Assembly: GCA_963714425.1 (NCBI GenBank)
Contig: CAVQOI010000014.1
Location: 50,252-114,251 of the forward strand
Direction of reading: 5' to 3'
Source of the DNA: an uncultured Chloroflexia bacterium
Lineage (GTDB): Bacteria; Chloroflexota; Anaerolineae; Anaerolineales; UBA4823
Length of the DNA: 64,000 nt
The notes beneath the pieces were generated by a model. That model made no database searches. It was given only the letters and a program-made list of their open reading frames with translations, and was not told the DNA's origin. Made by a program: the position numbers and the translations under genes. Positions 17,818 to 28,473 of the stretch are shown here, piece by piece (positions within the stretch are counted from its first letter, which is position 1; each line of letters begins with the position of its first letter).

Positions 17818-18554
17818 ATGCAAATTCCCAACCAGAAACCAACGATACTCGGGTGAGAATGCTTCTATCCTGGGTGGTCACCTTACTGACGCCCATTGTA
17901 TTGGTGATTGCGGCCGTGCGTGTTCTTCTAACGCCATTCTTTTTGGTGGTTGAGTACAATACACCAGGATTCCCCGCCGACAGGTACGGTTTCACAAAAG
18001 CTGAACGGCTTCAATGGTCAAACGTTTCGGTGACCTACCTGCTCAATTATGAACCAATCTCGTTCTTGGGTGATCTACGCTTCCCTGATGGACAACAAAC
18101 ACCCCCGGAAACCTGCCGTACGATGGACGATTGTACCCGTCTATTTAACGATCGCGAGTTGAAGCACATGCTGGATGTCAAGAAAGTTGTTCAGGCAGCA
18201 TTGAATATCTGGTATATCAGTATCGGTGTATTGCTCTTGGTGTGGGTATGGGCTGCTCGCCGCAGTTGGGGGTACGAATATCGCTTTGGATTGAGCCGAG
18301 GCGGATGGCTTACCCTGATGTTGCTTGGGTCTGTGATTCTATTCGCCCTGCTAGCGTTCAATGCAATCTTTGTGGCATTTCACCAGGTATTTTTTGAGTC
18401 TGGCACCTGGCAGTTTTTATTCAGCGACACTTTAATCCGACTATTTCCAGAGCGATTCTGGCGAGACGCGTTTATAGCCGTCGGAGTGCTCGCCGGCGGG
18501 GCGGGCTTGCTGTTGGGATTATTCGCAATAGAGAGGCGCCCGAAATCAAGCTAA
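17814..18554 (+). CDS. TIGR01906/DUF1461 membrane protein, Lit (lipoprotein intramolecular transacylase)-like
   Basis: 4 TM helices, RELKHMLDVK, FVAFHQVFF, W.F..DTLIRLFPERFW. Confidence 0.8.
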   Translation: MNANSQPETNDTRVRMLLSWVVTLLTPIVLVIAAVRVLLTPFFLVVEYNTPGFPADRYGFTKAERLQWSNVSVTYLLNYEPISFLGDLRFPDGQQTPPETCRTMDDCTRLFNDRELKHMLDVKKVVQAALNIWYISIGVLLLVWVWAARRSWGYEYRFGLSRGGWLTLMLLGSVILFALLAFNAIFVAFHQVFFESGTWQFLFSDTLIRLFPERFWRDAFIAVGVLAGGAGLLLGLFAIERRPKSS

Positions 18555-18620
18555 CGCTACAACCAATTCCAGATTCTCAACTATTAGCAGTGAAATGACC
18601 TGAATCTGTCAACAGCTCTG

Positions 18621-19367
18621 TTATTTTGCTTGACCTTGCCTGGCTACGGCTTCAGCAGCTTTTTGTACCGCTTCTGGATCGCCGAGATAATAGTGCCGCA
18701 GTGCATTCAAATCGTCATCGAGCTCGTAAATCAATGGAATACCTGTGGGGATATTTAATCCGACGATCTCCTCGTCTGAGAGATTATCCAGATATTTGAC
18801 CAGTGCCCTCAGGCTGTTGCCATGGGCCGCAATCAACACCTGAGCTCCTGACCTCACCACCGGAGCGATCGTCTCGTGCCAATACGGCAGCATGCGCTTT
18901 ACAGTGTTTTTCAATGATTCGCACGCCGGTAATTCTTCTTTTGCCAGGTTAGCATAACGCCGGTCAAAGCGAGGGTGGCGCTCATCGTCCCACTCCAGGG
19001 CCGGAGGGGGCGTATCGTAGCTGCGACGCCAGATTTTCACCTGGTCCTCACCAAATTTTACTGCCATCTCAGCTTTGTTCAATCCTTGCAATGCACCATA
19101 GTGGCGCTCATTCAACCGCCAGTGACGGTGAACAGGAATCCATTCCTGCTCCATGTCCTCCAGAACGATCCATAGTGTTTTGATTGCCCGCTTGAGGACG
19201 GAAGTGTAAGCCAAGTCAAAGTGATAGCCTGCTTCTGAGAGCTGTCTAGCTGATGCATGCGCCTCAGTTTCTCCTTGCGGAGTGAGTCCCACGTCTGTCC
19301 AGCCGGTGAAGCGATTTTCCAGATTCCAGGTGCTTTGACCATGTCTCAGTAGCACTAATTTATACAT
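18621..19367 (-). CDS. gpmA: 2,3-bisphosphoglycerate-dependent phosphoglycerate mutase
   Basis: [43 protein letters not shown]. Confidence 0.97.
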   Translation of the reverse strand: MYKLVLLRHGQSTWNLENRFTGWTDVGLTPQGETEAHASARQLSEAGYHFDLAYTSVLKRAIKTLWIVLEDMEQEWIPVHRHWRLNERHYGALQGLNKAEMAVKFGEDQVKIWRRSYDTPPPALEWDDERHPRFDRRYANLAKEELPACESLKNTVKRMLPYWHETIAPVVRSGAQVLIAAHGNSLRALVKYLDNLSDEEIVGLNIPTGIPLIYELDDDLNALRHYYLGDPEAVQKAAEAVARQGQAK

Positions 19368-19467
19368 TCGCAAAGATTTCCTTTCATTCGGATCCTGATG
19401 AGATAAAACTTTTTATCAGCAGGAACAATATTTACCCGGGTGAGATGACATTAGCAGGCGAGCATAT

Positions 19468-19499
19468 ATTCACCTCCCCCTGAAGAGGAGGAGGTGAAT
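19468..19499 (-). terminator. Hairpin downstream of the ABC ATPase gene
   Basis: ATTCACCTCC...GGAGGTGAAT inverted repeat 25 nt after the stop; weak U-tract. Confidence 0.5.
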
Positions 19500-19524
19500 G
19501 TACTGGGTCGGATTGCAGATATGA

Positions 19525-20625
19525 TCAGCGAATTACTTGTTCTGATTCCTTGTCGAAGATGTGCATGTTCTCCATATTGATGACGACCTGAACATCATCA
19601 CCAAGGCGATAGCGAGAACGAGGGTCAACACGAGCTACGAAGCTATTATCGCCAGTCTTCAAGTAAACCAGAATCTCATTTCCCAGTAACTCAGACACAT
19701 CCACATTCGCAGGGACAGGCTGGGCATGGATGCCAGGAGGGGCGAATTCCGGATTGTGGATATCTTCTGGACGTATGCCAAAAATGATGGATTTGCCTTC
19801 ATGAGGCATGTACACATTCAATCGGCTGTCGGGGATCTGCAATCTGAACGTCCCGCCATCAATGAGCAGCTTGCCATCGCTTTTTGCTAGCTTTGCTGGG
19901 AAAAAGTTCATTGCTGGTGAGCCAATAAAGCCAGCCACAAACAGGTTCGCTGGATAATCGTACAGGTTCTGAGGTGAATCGACCTGTTGTAAGAGACCTT
20001 TATTGATCACGGCGATGCGCGTAGCCATGGTCATGGCTTCCGTCTGGTCGTGGGTTACGTAAATGAATGTGGTTTGGAGCTGTTGGTGAAGCTTGCTGAT
20101 GTTAGCTCTTGTCTCAACGCGAAGCTTAGCATCCAGGTTAGAGAGCGGCTCGTCAAAGAGAAAAACCTTTGGCTCGCGCACAATTGCCCGCCCGACGGCT
20201 ACCCGCTGGCGCTGGCCACCAGAAAGCTGTCTGGGCTTGCGCTGTAGCAGGTCTTTGATACCAAGAATTTCTGCTGCTTGTCCTACCCGGCGCTCGATGT
20301 CCTCTTTAGGGGTCTTTCTCAGTTTGAGTCCGAATGCCATATTGTCGTACACAGACATATGCGGGTAGAGGGCATACGACTGGAAGACCATGGCGATGTC
20401 ACGATCTTTGGGGGCGACATCGTTTACTACGTGGTCACCGATTAATATCTGTCCATCAGAGATGTCCTCCAGGCCGGCTAAAAGGCGCAAGGCAGTGGAT
20501 TTGCCACAGCCAGACGGACCAACCAGGACAAGGAATTCCTTATCCTCGATTTGGATATTAAGGTCATTCACGGCAATAACATCCCCAAATCGTTTGTACA
20601 CATGATCGTAGGTAACGCTAGCCAT
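19525..20625 (-). CDS. Sugar ABC transporter ATP-binding protein (MsmX/UgpC/MalK family), stand-alone
   Basis: [40 protein letters not shown]-terminal TOBE domain. Confidence 0.93.
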   Translation of the reverse strand: MASVTYDHVYKRFGDVIAVNDLNIQIEDKEFLVLVGPSGCGKSTALRLLAGLEDISDGQILIGDHVVNDVAPKDRDIAMVFQSYALYPHMSVYDNMAFGLKLRKTPKEDIERRVGQAAEILGIKDLLQRKPRQLSGGQRQRVAVGRAIVREPKVFLFDEPLSNLDAKLRVETRANISKLHQQLQTTFIYVTHDQTEAMTMATRIAVINKGLLQQVDSPQNLYDYPANLFVAGFIGSPAMNFFPAKLAKSDGKLLIDGGTFRLQIPDSRLNVYMPHEGKSIIFGIRPEDIHNPEFAPPGIHAQPVPANVDVSELLGNEILVYLKTGDNSFVARVDPRSRYRLGDDVQVVINMENMHIFDKESEQVIR

Positions 20626-20714
20626 TAGTTTTTCTCCTTTCTATGCGAGTATGGTGAAGATATTATAGCGTAACAGGAAAGAAATTTCCACTAATATTGC
20701 AGTAGAATCAAGAT

Positions 20715-23315
20715 ATGCCTCAAAAGGACGACATCAGCCCGATTCGCAAACAATATCTTGAGATAAAACGCCAGTATCCTGAGGCGATTTTGTTCTTCCG
20801 GTTAGGCGATTTTTACGAAACCTTCGACCAGGATGCCGAGCTGGCTGCCCGCGAGCTGGATATTGTGCTCACATCACGCAATGTCGCCAAGGGAGTGCGC
20901 GTGCCTATGGCGGGGATCCCACACCACGCTGCTGAAAATTACCTTGCGAGGCTGATTGAGCGGGGTTACCACGTGGCGATATGTGAGCAGGTTGGGGAGC
21001 AACCCGAAAAGGGAATATTCCCTCGTAAAGTGGTGAGAGTGGTGACCCCTGGGACCGTCATGGAGCCTGGGCTGCTTCCAGGCGACGAGAACAATTACCT
21101 TGTGTGTGTTGCGCCATCATTCCATGATGATCATTATTCAGCTGGAATGGCATATGTAGATATCACTACAGGTGAATTTGCCGTCTCCGAGATCGAGGCT
21201 GACGAGTTGCAGTCTGCCATTCGTGCAGAGCTGATCCGCTTGAAGCCTGCAGAGATCCTCCATCCGGACACATATTTAATTGGGAATGGCTTGCCTGGCC
21301 ATGCAACATCCTGGCCCGCCTGGCGCTTTGAACCCGGTCGTTGCAAGGAAGCACTCCTGGCGCATTTTGAAGCTGCGACATTAGACGGGTTTGGCTTACG
21401 GGATATGCCGCTGGGCACTTGCGCAGCGGGTGTTATTCTTCAGTATCTCTCCGAGACGCAGCCAGCTGCCCTCAAACTGCTCTCCCGATTGGGTGTTTAC
21501 AACCTTTCAGAATTTATGACCCTGGATGCAGCTACCCGGCGTAACCTTGAATTAACCGAGACCATTAGAACCGCCTCGGCGAAGGGCTCATTGCTGGGCG
21601 TCTTGGATCACACCGTCACTCCAATGGGCAAGCGCCTTCTGCGCAATTGGGTGAGCAAGCCGCTTCTGGATGCAGCGCGTATCCAGCGAAGGCAAGATCA
21701 GGTGCAATTCTTCTTCTCCGACAGTATGAGCCGGATTGAGATGCGCGCTGCCTTCAAACCACTCGCAGATATGGAACGCCTGATAAACCGAATTGTTAGC
21801 GGGCATGCCCAACCGCGTGACCTGGTTTCACTACGAGCCACATTACAACATTTGCCTGCGATACGAGCACTACTCCCATCAGAAATTGGACACTTGGATA
21901 CCATCCTTAAAGAGTTTGTGCTGTGTGAGGAAGAGCTGCGTTTGTTGGAAACTGCCATTGAAGAGGAACCCCCTGCTACCCTTCAAAATACCGGTGTGAT
22001 CAAAAACGGATACTCGGCTGAGCTGGATGGCGTTGTCGAGCGATCCGAGAGTGCTCGTCAATGGATTGCGGGGCTGGAAGCAGTTGAGCGGCAGCGCACG
22101 GGGATCAAATCGCTGAAGGTGGGTTATAACAAAGTCTTTGGTTATTATCTCGAGGTGACTCGCGCCAATACCGAAATGGTTCCCGAGGAATATATTCGCA
22201 AGCAGACCCTGGTAAATGCGGAGCGGTACATAACGCCGGAATTGAAAGAGTATGAAACTCTGGTCCTCAACGCAGAAGAGCGCATACGCGAGATCGAAGG
22301 CAGGCTATTTAAAGACGTTTGCTCAGAGCTGGCAGGGACTTCAAGAAAGTTAATGGGAACAGCTCACGCACTGGGGAAGCTCGACGTAATTGCCGCTCTC
22401 GCGGAAGCCGCGATGGTTGGCAATTACGTGCGACCGGAAGTATTGGAGGATGATGTCCTCGAAATCCGTGATGGGCGCCATCCGGTAGTCGAGCTTGCGC
22501 TGGTTGGCGAACGATTTGTTCCCAACGATGTGCTCTTCGAAGATGGCGAACGCGTACGCATCATCACCGGCCCAAATATGGCGGGGAAATCCACGCTCAT
22601 CCGGCAGGTAGCATTGATCGTATTGATGTCACAAATGGGCAGTTACGTGCCGGCGACCTCTGCCCGCCTGGGTTTGGTAGATCGAATCTTCACACGTATT
22701 GGAGCGCAAGATGAGATCCACGCAGGTCAATCGACGTTTATGGTGGAAATGCTGGAAACCGCTAACATCCTTCACCATGCCACGCCGCGCAGCCTGCTGA
22801 TTTTGGATGAGATAGGGCGGGGTACAAGCACGTACGATGGTGTGTCGATCGCCTGGGCGGTCGTGGAGTACATCCATAACCACCCGCACCTGCGGGCAAA
22901 GACGCTGTTCGCCACCCATTATCATGAGCTTACACAGTTAGCCGAATTATTGCCTGGGGTATGCAACTACAATGTGGCTGTTAGCGAATCCGATGGAAAA
23001 GTGATCTTTCTTCACAAAATTATTCCCGGTGGTGCTGACCGCTCCTACGGGATCCATGTAGGTCAGCTAGCCGGTTTGCCGAAACCTGTGATCCAACGAG
23101 CAAACGAGATTATGCGCTCTCTGGAAGCCTCCTCCGGTAAAGCGGTTCGAATCAATCCCGTCGCAGCCCGTCAGTTAGCGCTTTTCCCTGAGACCAATCC
23201 GCTCTTGAATGAGTTGAAATCCTTGGATGTTAACGCTCTCGCGCCAATCGAAGCATTAAATAAGATTTATGAGTGGCAAAGACAATACCTAGCAAAAGAC
23301 AGCACAGACGCATGA
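20715..23315 (+). CDS. mutS: DNA mismatch repair protein MutS
   Basis: FFRLGDFYE, GRHPVVE, TGPNMAGKST, STFMVEM, DEIGRGTST, SYGIHV. Confidence 0.97.
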   Translation: MPQKDDISPIRKQYLEIKRQYPEAILFFRLGDFYETFDQDAELAARELDIVLTSRNVAKGVRVPMAGIPHHAAENYLARLIERGYHVAICEQVGEQPEKGIFPRKVVRVVTPGTVMEPGLLPGDENNYLVCVAPSFHDDHYSAGMAYVDITTGEFAVSEIEADELQSAIRAELIRLKPAEILHPDTYLIGNGLPGHATSWPAWRFEPGRCKEALLAHFEAATLDGFGLRDMPLGTCAAGVILQYLSETQPAALKLLSRLGVYNLSEFMTLDAATRRNLELTETIRTASAKGSLLGVLDHTVTPMGKRLLRNWVSKPLLDAARIQRRQDQVQFFFSDSMSRIEMRAAFKPLADMERLINRIVSGHAQPRDLVSLRATLQHLPAIRALLPSEIGHLDTILKEFVLCEEELRLLETAIEEEPPATLQNTGVIKNGYSAELDGVVERSESARQWIAGLEAVERQRTGIKSLKVGYNKVFGYYLEVTRANTEMVPEEYIRKQTLVNAERYITPELKEYETLVLNAEERIREIEGRLFKDVCSELAGTSRKLMGTAHALGKLDVIAALAEAAMVGNYVRPEVLEDDVLEIRDGRHPVVELALVGERFVPNDVLFEDGERVRIITGPNMAGKSTLIRQVALIVLMSQMGSYVPATSARLGLVDRIFTRIGAQDEIHAGQSTFMVEMLETANILHHATPRSLLILDEIGRGTSTYDGVSIAWAVVEYIHNHPHLRAKTLFATHYHELTQLAELLPGVCNYNVAVSESDGKVIFLHKIIPGGADRSYGIHVGQLAGLPKPVIQRANEIMRSLEASSGKAVRINPVAARQLALFPETNPLLNELKSLDVNALAPIEALNKIYEWQRQYLAKDSTDA

Positions 23316-23349
23316 TACGCCTGTGCCGTCATTAGTAAATAGATCCGGA

Positions 23350-24454
23350 TTATTGGGTGGCTTCAAAGAAGACGATTGAATCTAGAATTGACTGCGTTGC
23401 TGCATCCATTAATCGCGCCGCTTTCACTGCACAAGATCGGATTGACTGCAATTTGGTGGACCAGGTCGTAAGCCGGCACATAAATATCCTGGCACAACCC
23501 CACCTCACCCATCACACTCACAGCTGGTATTCCGTTAAAATCTTTGGCTAAAAAGTTGTTGTAAGCCACACCTTGTTCCAGAAATTGCTCACTCAAAGCT
23601 TTTGTCAGAGTCGCCGGCTCCGTTGCTAACAATTCGGGGTGGGTGCGTAATATAATCCAGTCCTGTACCGTATTGTCGCGCGGGGCAAGGGCGAAAGCAT
23701 CCGCAAGTGAGACCGCTTCCCACTCGGGGGGGAGCAATATACGCATCCCAAATCCCGTAAACTCGGTGACTGCCCACCCACTCGTGTCAAGCCCGTCGGT
23801 CGCGCTAGAAGTGGATTCTGGAGTAAAAAAGTGTAGTGTTTCGAGGGCTGAAGTCCAGACCTGATTGGCGTCCTCGAAAGCTGAGGGAAACTCCTCCTGC
23901 GAAGGGGTCAAGGTGAATGTAAAAATCCTCTGGTTTGCGAGGATGATCGCCTGGCGGCTGGTAACTTCACCTGGGACTTGTTCCAATATTTCTGCAGGTT
24001 TTCCTCCGATACTGATGCTCGTTGTGACAATATTGGCTCCTGGATTGGATTCGAATACCTCATCGATAACTTGCTCAATAGTCTTAAGTTCGGCAGCTTT
24101 TACCTGAACGTTTAATGTCGCTCGGAGGGGTTCTGCTGCTAAAGGATGTTCAGGTCCGATGAGTGAGATAAGTCCACGCTCTTCAGGCAGGTTCAACTCG
24201 AAGTTGGTGGGAAAGAGAAAGCAAAAACCATCCTCAGTGGATAAGTATTGAGAATATCCAGGGATGGGCACTGAGCATTCGCGCGTATCTTCGCTGAGCG
24301 CATCAATGTTCAATGGCGGAATTGGGGTTAGGATGATCGCTTCGACGCCCTCGACCGGGGTAATCGGTGGAGGGGTAGGAGAAGCTCCGCTGCAGGCTGT
24401 TAGAAACAGACTGGCGAGGAGGACGAAAATTAGGAAAACCGGATATTTGTTCAC
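23350..24454 (-). CDS. Lipoprotein with two PsbP-like repeats; possible frameshift near 23410
   Basis: Lipobox LTAC, Pro-rich linker, two similar domains (GFCFLFP / GMRILLP). The annotated frame stops at 23363; the alternate frame ends ILDSIVFFEATQ at 23350. Confidence 0.6.
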
Positions 24455-24524
24455 AATAAGATATTATATTGCATCCTCATCACTTCAAGGCGTGTAATTG
24501 CGATACAATTTTGTTAGCAATGTT

Positions 24525-25175
24525 ATGAGCAAAATCACTCGATCTCAACAAGAACGCTCTAATCTTCTCCTGAAACGCGTTGATGAGTTGCGCGCAACCT
24601 TACGTAAGATAGATCCTATTGAGCTTGCTCGTCGTTCAGATTGCGTTTTCATACAAACTACAAATGCACAAGGCGAGTTGCACCTCCCGTTGTGGGGAGA
24701 GGATATTATCGTCACCTTCCCCGAGCTAGTTGCCTGCGATGCCAGCCGGCGAATGCTGAACCCGCTCTTGCAGGCGATGCTGGTTTATTATTTCTATACG
24801 ACAGATGGCGCTGCACTTGCTGGACGCTATATTGCCTTCTCAGAACTTCCAGATGGAAGGTTCTACGCGCAGGCGTTTCACGGTTATACCGGTGAAGAGC
24901 TGCGCAGCGCGTTTGGGGAATCCGAAAACGATTTCAACCAAATTGCCACCCTACACGGTGGGAAACACTACCCACTTGGCGATGCTGCGTTCTCTTTCCA
25001 AATGCTACCCAGGGTAACCTTACTGGCTGTATTTTGGAGAGGCGATGAAGATTTCCCTGGCAGCTATCAGATCCTATTCGATGCCGCGGCGCACCACCAT
25101 CTACCTACAGATGCTTGTGCGATTGCTGGCAGCCTGTTGACCAGGCGATTGATTTCATCCCATGACAGTCTGTAA
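24525..25175 (+). CDS. DUF3786 family protein
   Basis: IAFSELPDG..YAQAF, GDAAFSF..LPRV, WRGDEDFP, LFD, LPTD. Confidence 0.8.
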   Translation: MSKITRSQQERSNLLLKRVDELRATLRKIDPIELARRSDCVFIQTTNAQGELHLPLWGEDIIVTFPELVACDASRRMLNPLLQAMLVYYFYTTDGAALAGRYIAFSELPDGRFYAQAFHGYTGEELRSAFGESENDFNQIATLHGGKHYPLGDAAFSFQMLPRVTLLAVFWRGDEDFPGSYQILFDAAAHHHLPTDACAIAGSLLTRRLISSHDSL

Positions 25176-25179
25176 CACG

Positions 25180-25989
25180 ATGAACCTATTTAAAAATATT
25201 CTGGGACTCACCCTGACAATATGTTTCCTGCTGACAGGCTGTTCCAGCGTGGTGAGGAGCGGCGACCTGAGCACAGCAACAGCGCAGGCTGGCAATGTGA
25301 TCAGACGTGCAACCCAGATGGGTTACGGAGCGCAGTCTACCCTTGAGGCGGGGATCCGCCTGGCGACAAGTACAGCCCAAGCACGATCACAATCACTGTC
25401 TGAGGCCAGACAATGGTCGCTCGTTCTATCAGACACATTCAATAGCGATCTAGATATCTGGGCGCTCGGTGAGGGTGAAGATCCTGCTTTAGGTTCTGTA
25501 AGCTGGGAAATTGACGGGGGAAGGTATCGTTGGGCGGCGAAGGCTTCGTCTGGATTTGTGTGGTGGGTGATCCCGGAGGGGGAGGCGGTCGGCGACTTCT
25601 ATTTATCCGTAGATGCGCGTCAGGAAATCAATCCGGAGGTAGGAGAGTATGGCTTAGTCTTTCGCCGGGATGATAACGAGCAATATTACTTATTCGAGAT
25701 TAGCGAACTGGGCTCGTACGCTGCGTATATCTACTCGCTACAGGGCTGGGAAACACTGATTGAGTGGACGATCCATCCAGTGATCCTTCCAGGTAAATTT
25801 AACCAACTCGAAGTGCTGGCTGATGGCCCGGTGTTTGATCTCTTCATCAACGGTGAATACGTGGGCGGGTTTGTGGATGACCGCCTTCCTGAGGGGCGAG
25901 CAGGCCTCCTGGTTGGCTTATCTGAGGCTGGAGAAGAATCATCCTGGCTATTCGACAATTTTACGCTCAAAGCGCCAGAAACAGATTGA
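25180..25989 (+). CDS. Lipoprotein with ConA-like (DUF1080-type) beta-sandwich domain
   Basis: Lipobox LTGC, TATAQA linker, DFYLSVD, YGLVFR, N.LEV, LFING, GRAGL, FDNF. Confidence 0.6.
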   Translation: MNLFKNILGLTLTICFLLTGCSSVVRSGDLSTATAQAGNVIRRATQMGYGAQSTLEAGIRLATSTAQARSQSLSEARQWSLVLSDTFNSDLDIWALGEGEDPALGSVSWEIDGGRYRWAAKASSGFVWWVIPEGEAVGDFYLSVDARQEINPEVGEYGLVFRRDDNEQYYLFEISELGSYAAYIYSLQGWETLIEWTIHPVILPGKFNQLEVLADGPVFDLFINGEYVGGFVDDRLPEGRAGLLVGLSEAGEESSWLFDNFTLKAPETD

Positions 25990-26053
25990 AAAGTCTGTCA
26001 TCATGTATAATATCGTTTGAAATTTACCAAATCCAATCGCCATTGGAGTAAAC

Positions 26054-27115
26054 ATGAAAAAGTTTCGTGTAGCCTTACTGGCAAATCTGAAGGTAAACGC
26101 CCCAAAATTTGAAGGGATGCCCGATGATCAATGGGACGATCTTGACTCGGAGAAAACAGTCGACGCTTTGTTAAACGCGATCACTTCTGGGGGGAATCAT
26201 TGCGAGTTCCTAGAGGGGGATACTACTCTCTATGATACGATCCGCAAATACAAGCCAGATATATGCTTCAATATTTGTGAGGGTCATTTTGGAGATGCCC
26301 GTGAGGCCCAAGTGCCAGCGATGCTAGAGATGCTGAGCATCCCGTATACAGGATCGAAGGTGATGACACTGGCGTTGGCCCTGGATAAGCCCATGACCAA
26401 ACGCATTTTCACCTATCACGACCTGCCTACACCAGCTTTTCAGACGATGGAACGAGTCGATGAGGAGTTGAGCTTGGATATGTCTTACCCAGTGTTCGTC
26501 AAGCCGAGCCGGGAAGGGACTGGTATGGGGGTTTCTGGACGTTCGATCGTACGCAATGATGCAGAACTTCGCGAGCAGGTAGGGCACATCCTTGATCGAT
26601 ACAAGCAACCCGCGCTGGTGGAACAATATATTGAAGGTCGTGAAGTGACTGTTGGGGTAGTGGGCAACCTGATTGGACCAGTAGCGAGACGCTTGCCGGA
26701 TGATGAGGAAGCCCCTCGCATCGAGGCAGGCCTACGCTTCTTCCCACCCATGGAAGTGAACCTGAAACCATTTGAAGATACCGATGTGGTGTACAGTAAT
26801 CGCCTTAAAGTAGCCCTGGCAGACCAGCTCGACTATCTGTGCCCGGCACCCCTCGACTCGGATATGGTGGATGAATTAAACTGGCTCACAGCGGCGGTCT
26901 TCCGCGTTACGGGCGGGTTGGATGTTTCCAGGGTGGATTTTAGGTTGGATGTGACAGACAACTGGAAGCCTTATATTCTGGAGATCAATCCACTACCTGG
27001 CCTTTCTCCAGGAATCTCAGACCTGGTAATTGAGGCTGCTGCCGAAGGGGTGGATCATACCTTTCTAGTCAATATGATCCTGGACACAGCGCTCGAGCGT
27101 TATGGAATGATTTGA
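26054..27115 (+). CDS. D-Ala-D-Ala ligase-like ATP-grasp protein (non-canonical)
   Basis: FNICEG, IPYTGS, DKPMTK, VKPSREGTGMG, EQYIEGREVT, RVDFR, LEINPLPG. Confidence 0.8.
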   Translation: MKKFRVALLANLKVNAPKFEGMPDDQWDDLDSEKTVDALLNAITSGGNHCEFLEGDTTLYDTIRKYKPDICFNICEGHFGDAREAQVPAMLEMLSIPYTGSKVMTLALALDKPMTKRIFTYHDLPTPAFQTMERVDEELSLDMSYPVFVKPSREGTGMGVSGRSIVRNDAELREQVGHILDRYKQPALVEQYIEGREVTVGVVGNLIGPVARRLPDDEEAPRIEAGLRFFPPMEVNLKPFEDTDVVYSNRLKVALADQLDYLCPAPLDSDMVDELNWLTAAVFRVTGGLDVSRVDFRLDVTDNWKPYILEINPLPGLSPGISDLVIEAAAEGVDHTFLVNMILDTALERYGMI

Positions 27116-27799
27116 TTATCTGATCGCGTAACGGATTGTAACTCCCAGGATATACCAGGCAGCCAGCAGTGTGCCGCGCACGGTACTGCTGATCTTGGAG
27201 CGCCCAGCCTGGCGAGGATGGAACCCTACGGGAACCTCAACAATCCGCGCACTCTTGGCTACACACTTTACGAGCATCTCAGTCGGCCAGCCGTAGGTCA
27301 TCTCTTGCATTCTAATCAATGCAAGCGTCGAACAGCGTACAGCCCTAAATGGGCCGAGATCTGTGATTTCTGTTCCATATAATTGGTTTATCAACCGGGA
27401 CGCCAGCCAATTGCCGAAGCGTTGTTGCAAAGGCATCGCGCCTGGAGTGATGTGCCCGAGGGCACGCGATCCCAAGACAAGATCAGCATCGTCATTAATT
27501 AAGGGTTCGATAAGTTTGGGGAGGTCGGCAGGGGAGTTGCTGTAATCACCATCCATAAAGACGAGTATTTCTGAATTACCGGCAGCCGCCACACCTGCCG
27601 CGCACGCAAATCCATACCCGCGGCGCGCCTCAAAAATGACCCTGGCTCCTGCTCGGCTTGCTTCGCCAGCGGTATCATCAGTTGAACTGTTGTCAACCAC
27701 GATCACGTCAGCTTCAATCACGGCTTTTACTTCACGGACCAGCCTGCCGATATTCCCGGCTTCATTCAGAGCGGGGATAATAACTCCAACTTTGCTCAT
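27116..27799 (-). CDS. GT2 glycosyltransferase (DPM1-like)
   Basis: VIIPALNE, VDNSSTD, RGYG, MDGDYS, TDLGPFRA, YGWPTEM. Confidence 0.88.
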   Translation of the reverse strand: MSKVGVIIPALNEAGNIGRLVREVKAVIEADVIVVDNSSTDDTAGEASRAGARVIFEARRGYGFACAAGVAAAGNSEILVFMDGDYSNSPADLPKLIEPLINDDADLVLGSRALGHITPGAMPLQQRFGNWLASRLINQLYGTEITDLGPFRAVRCSTLALIRMQEMTYGWPTEMLVKCVAKSARIVEVPVGFHPRQAGRSKISSTVRGTLLAAWYILGVTIRYAIR

Positions 27800-28470
27800 C
27801 GCAAGGTGCTGTGAATCTCATGAAGATAGGCCTGCGTCCGGACAGCCGATGTGCTCCCTTTGACATTCAATTCGCCATCCAATCGCTTCAACGATTCTAT
27901 GTCATCGACATCGTACCAGGCAGGCAATAGGTGTACTTTTAACCCCATCTCTTCAGCAATAGACTGCGTGTGGATTGATACCTGGGGTGAGCTCATCTGG
28001 ACTTCGCGCAGCAGGCGTGGGATGGGACGTGTCAGTCCAATCAAGTAATAGCCTCCATCATCGCAAGGACCAAGGACCACATCGGCATGTCCTAAGGATT
28101 CAAATGCCTCGACCAAGTAGGAGTAGGGAAGCGTCGGGCTATCGCTGTTCATGATTACCGCACTTGCATACCCTGACGTAAACGACGCTTGGAGAGCATG
28201 ATCCAAACGGCTGCCCAGATCTGGCCCCTCCTGTTTCCAAAGTAAGAAATCGGGTGCGATTCTTTCAAAATATGCCTGTGCGCTTGCAGGCAGATATGCA
28301 ATGATTCGGTGCACATCGGGCACTTGCCGCACAGTTTCAATGGTATCAAGAAGAAAGCACTCGAACAGGTTTGCGGCTTGTGATGGAGAGAGTGGAGGTG
28401 TTAAGCGGGTTTTTGTTCTCCCAGGAGCAGGACGTTTCGCTGCAATCAGGAGGGCTCGAAGGATACGCAT
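27796..28470 (-). CDS. DUF2064 / TIGR04282 family GT-A (CofC-like) transferase
   Basis: AKRPAPGRTKTRL, QEGPDLGSR, SDSPTLP, LGPCDDGGYYLIG, WYDVDD. Confidence 0.85.
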   Translation of the reverse strand: MRILRALLIAAKRPAPGRTKTRLTPPLSPSQAANLFECFLLDTIETVRQVPDVHRIIAYLPASAQAYFERIAPDFLLWKQEGPDLGSRLDHALQASFTSGYASAVIMNSDSPTLPYSYLVEAFESLGHADVVLGPCDDGGYYLIGLTRPIPRLLREVQMSSPQVSIHTQSIAEEMGLKVHLLPAWYDVDDIESLKRLDGELNVKGSTSAVRTQAYLHEIHSTLR

Positions 28471-28473
28471 GGT

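Noticed and set aside
26054..27115. Graspetide-type RiPP ligase
   Set aside because: The motifs are Ddl-like and no precursor with repeated cores is nearby.
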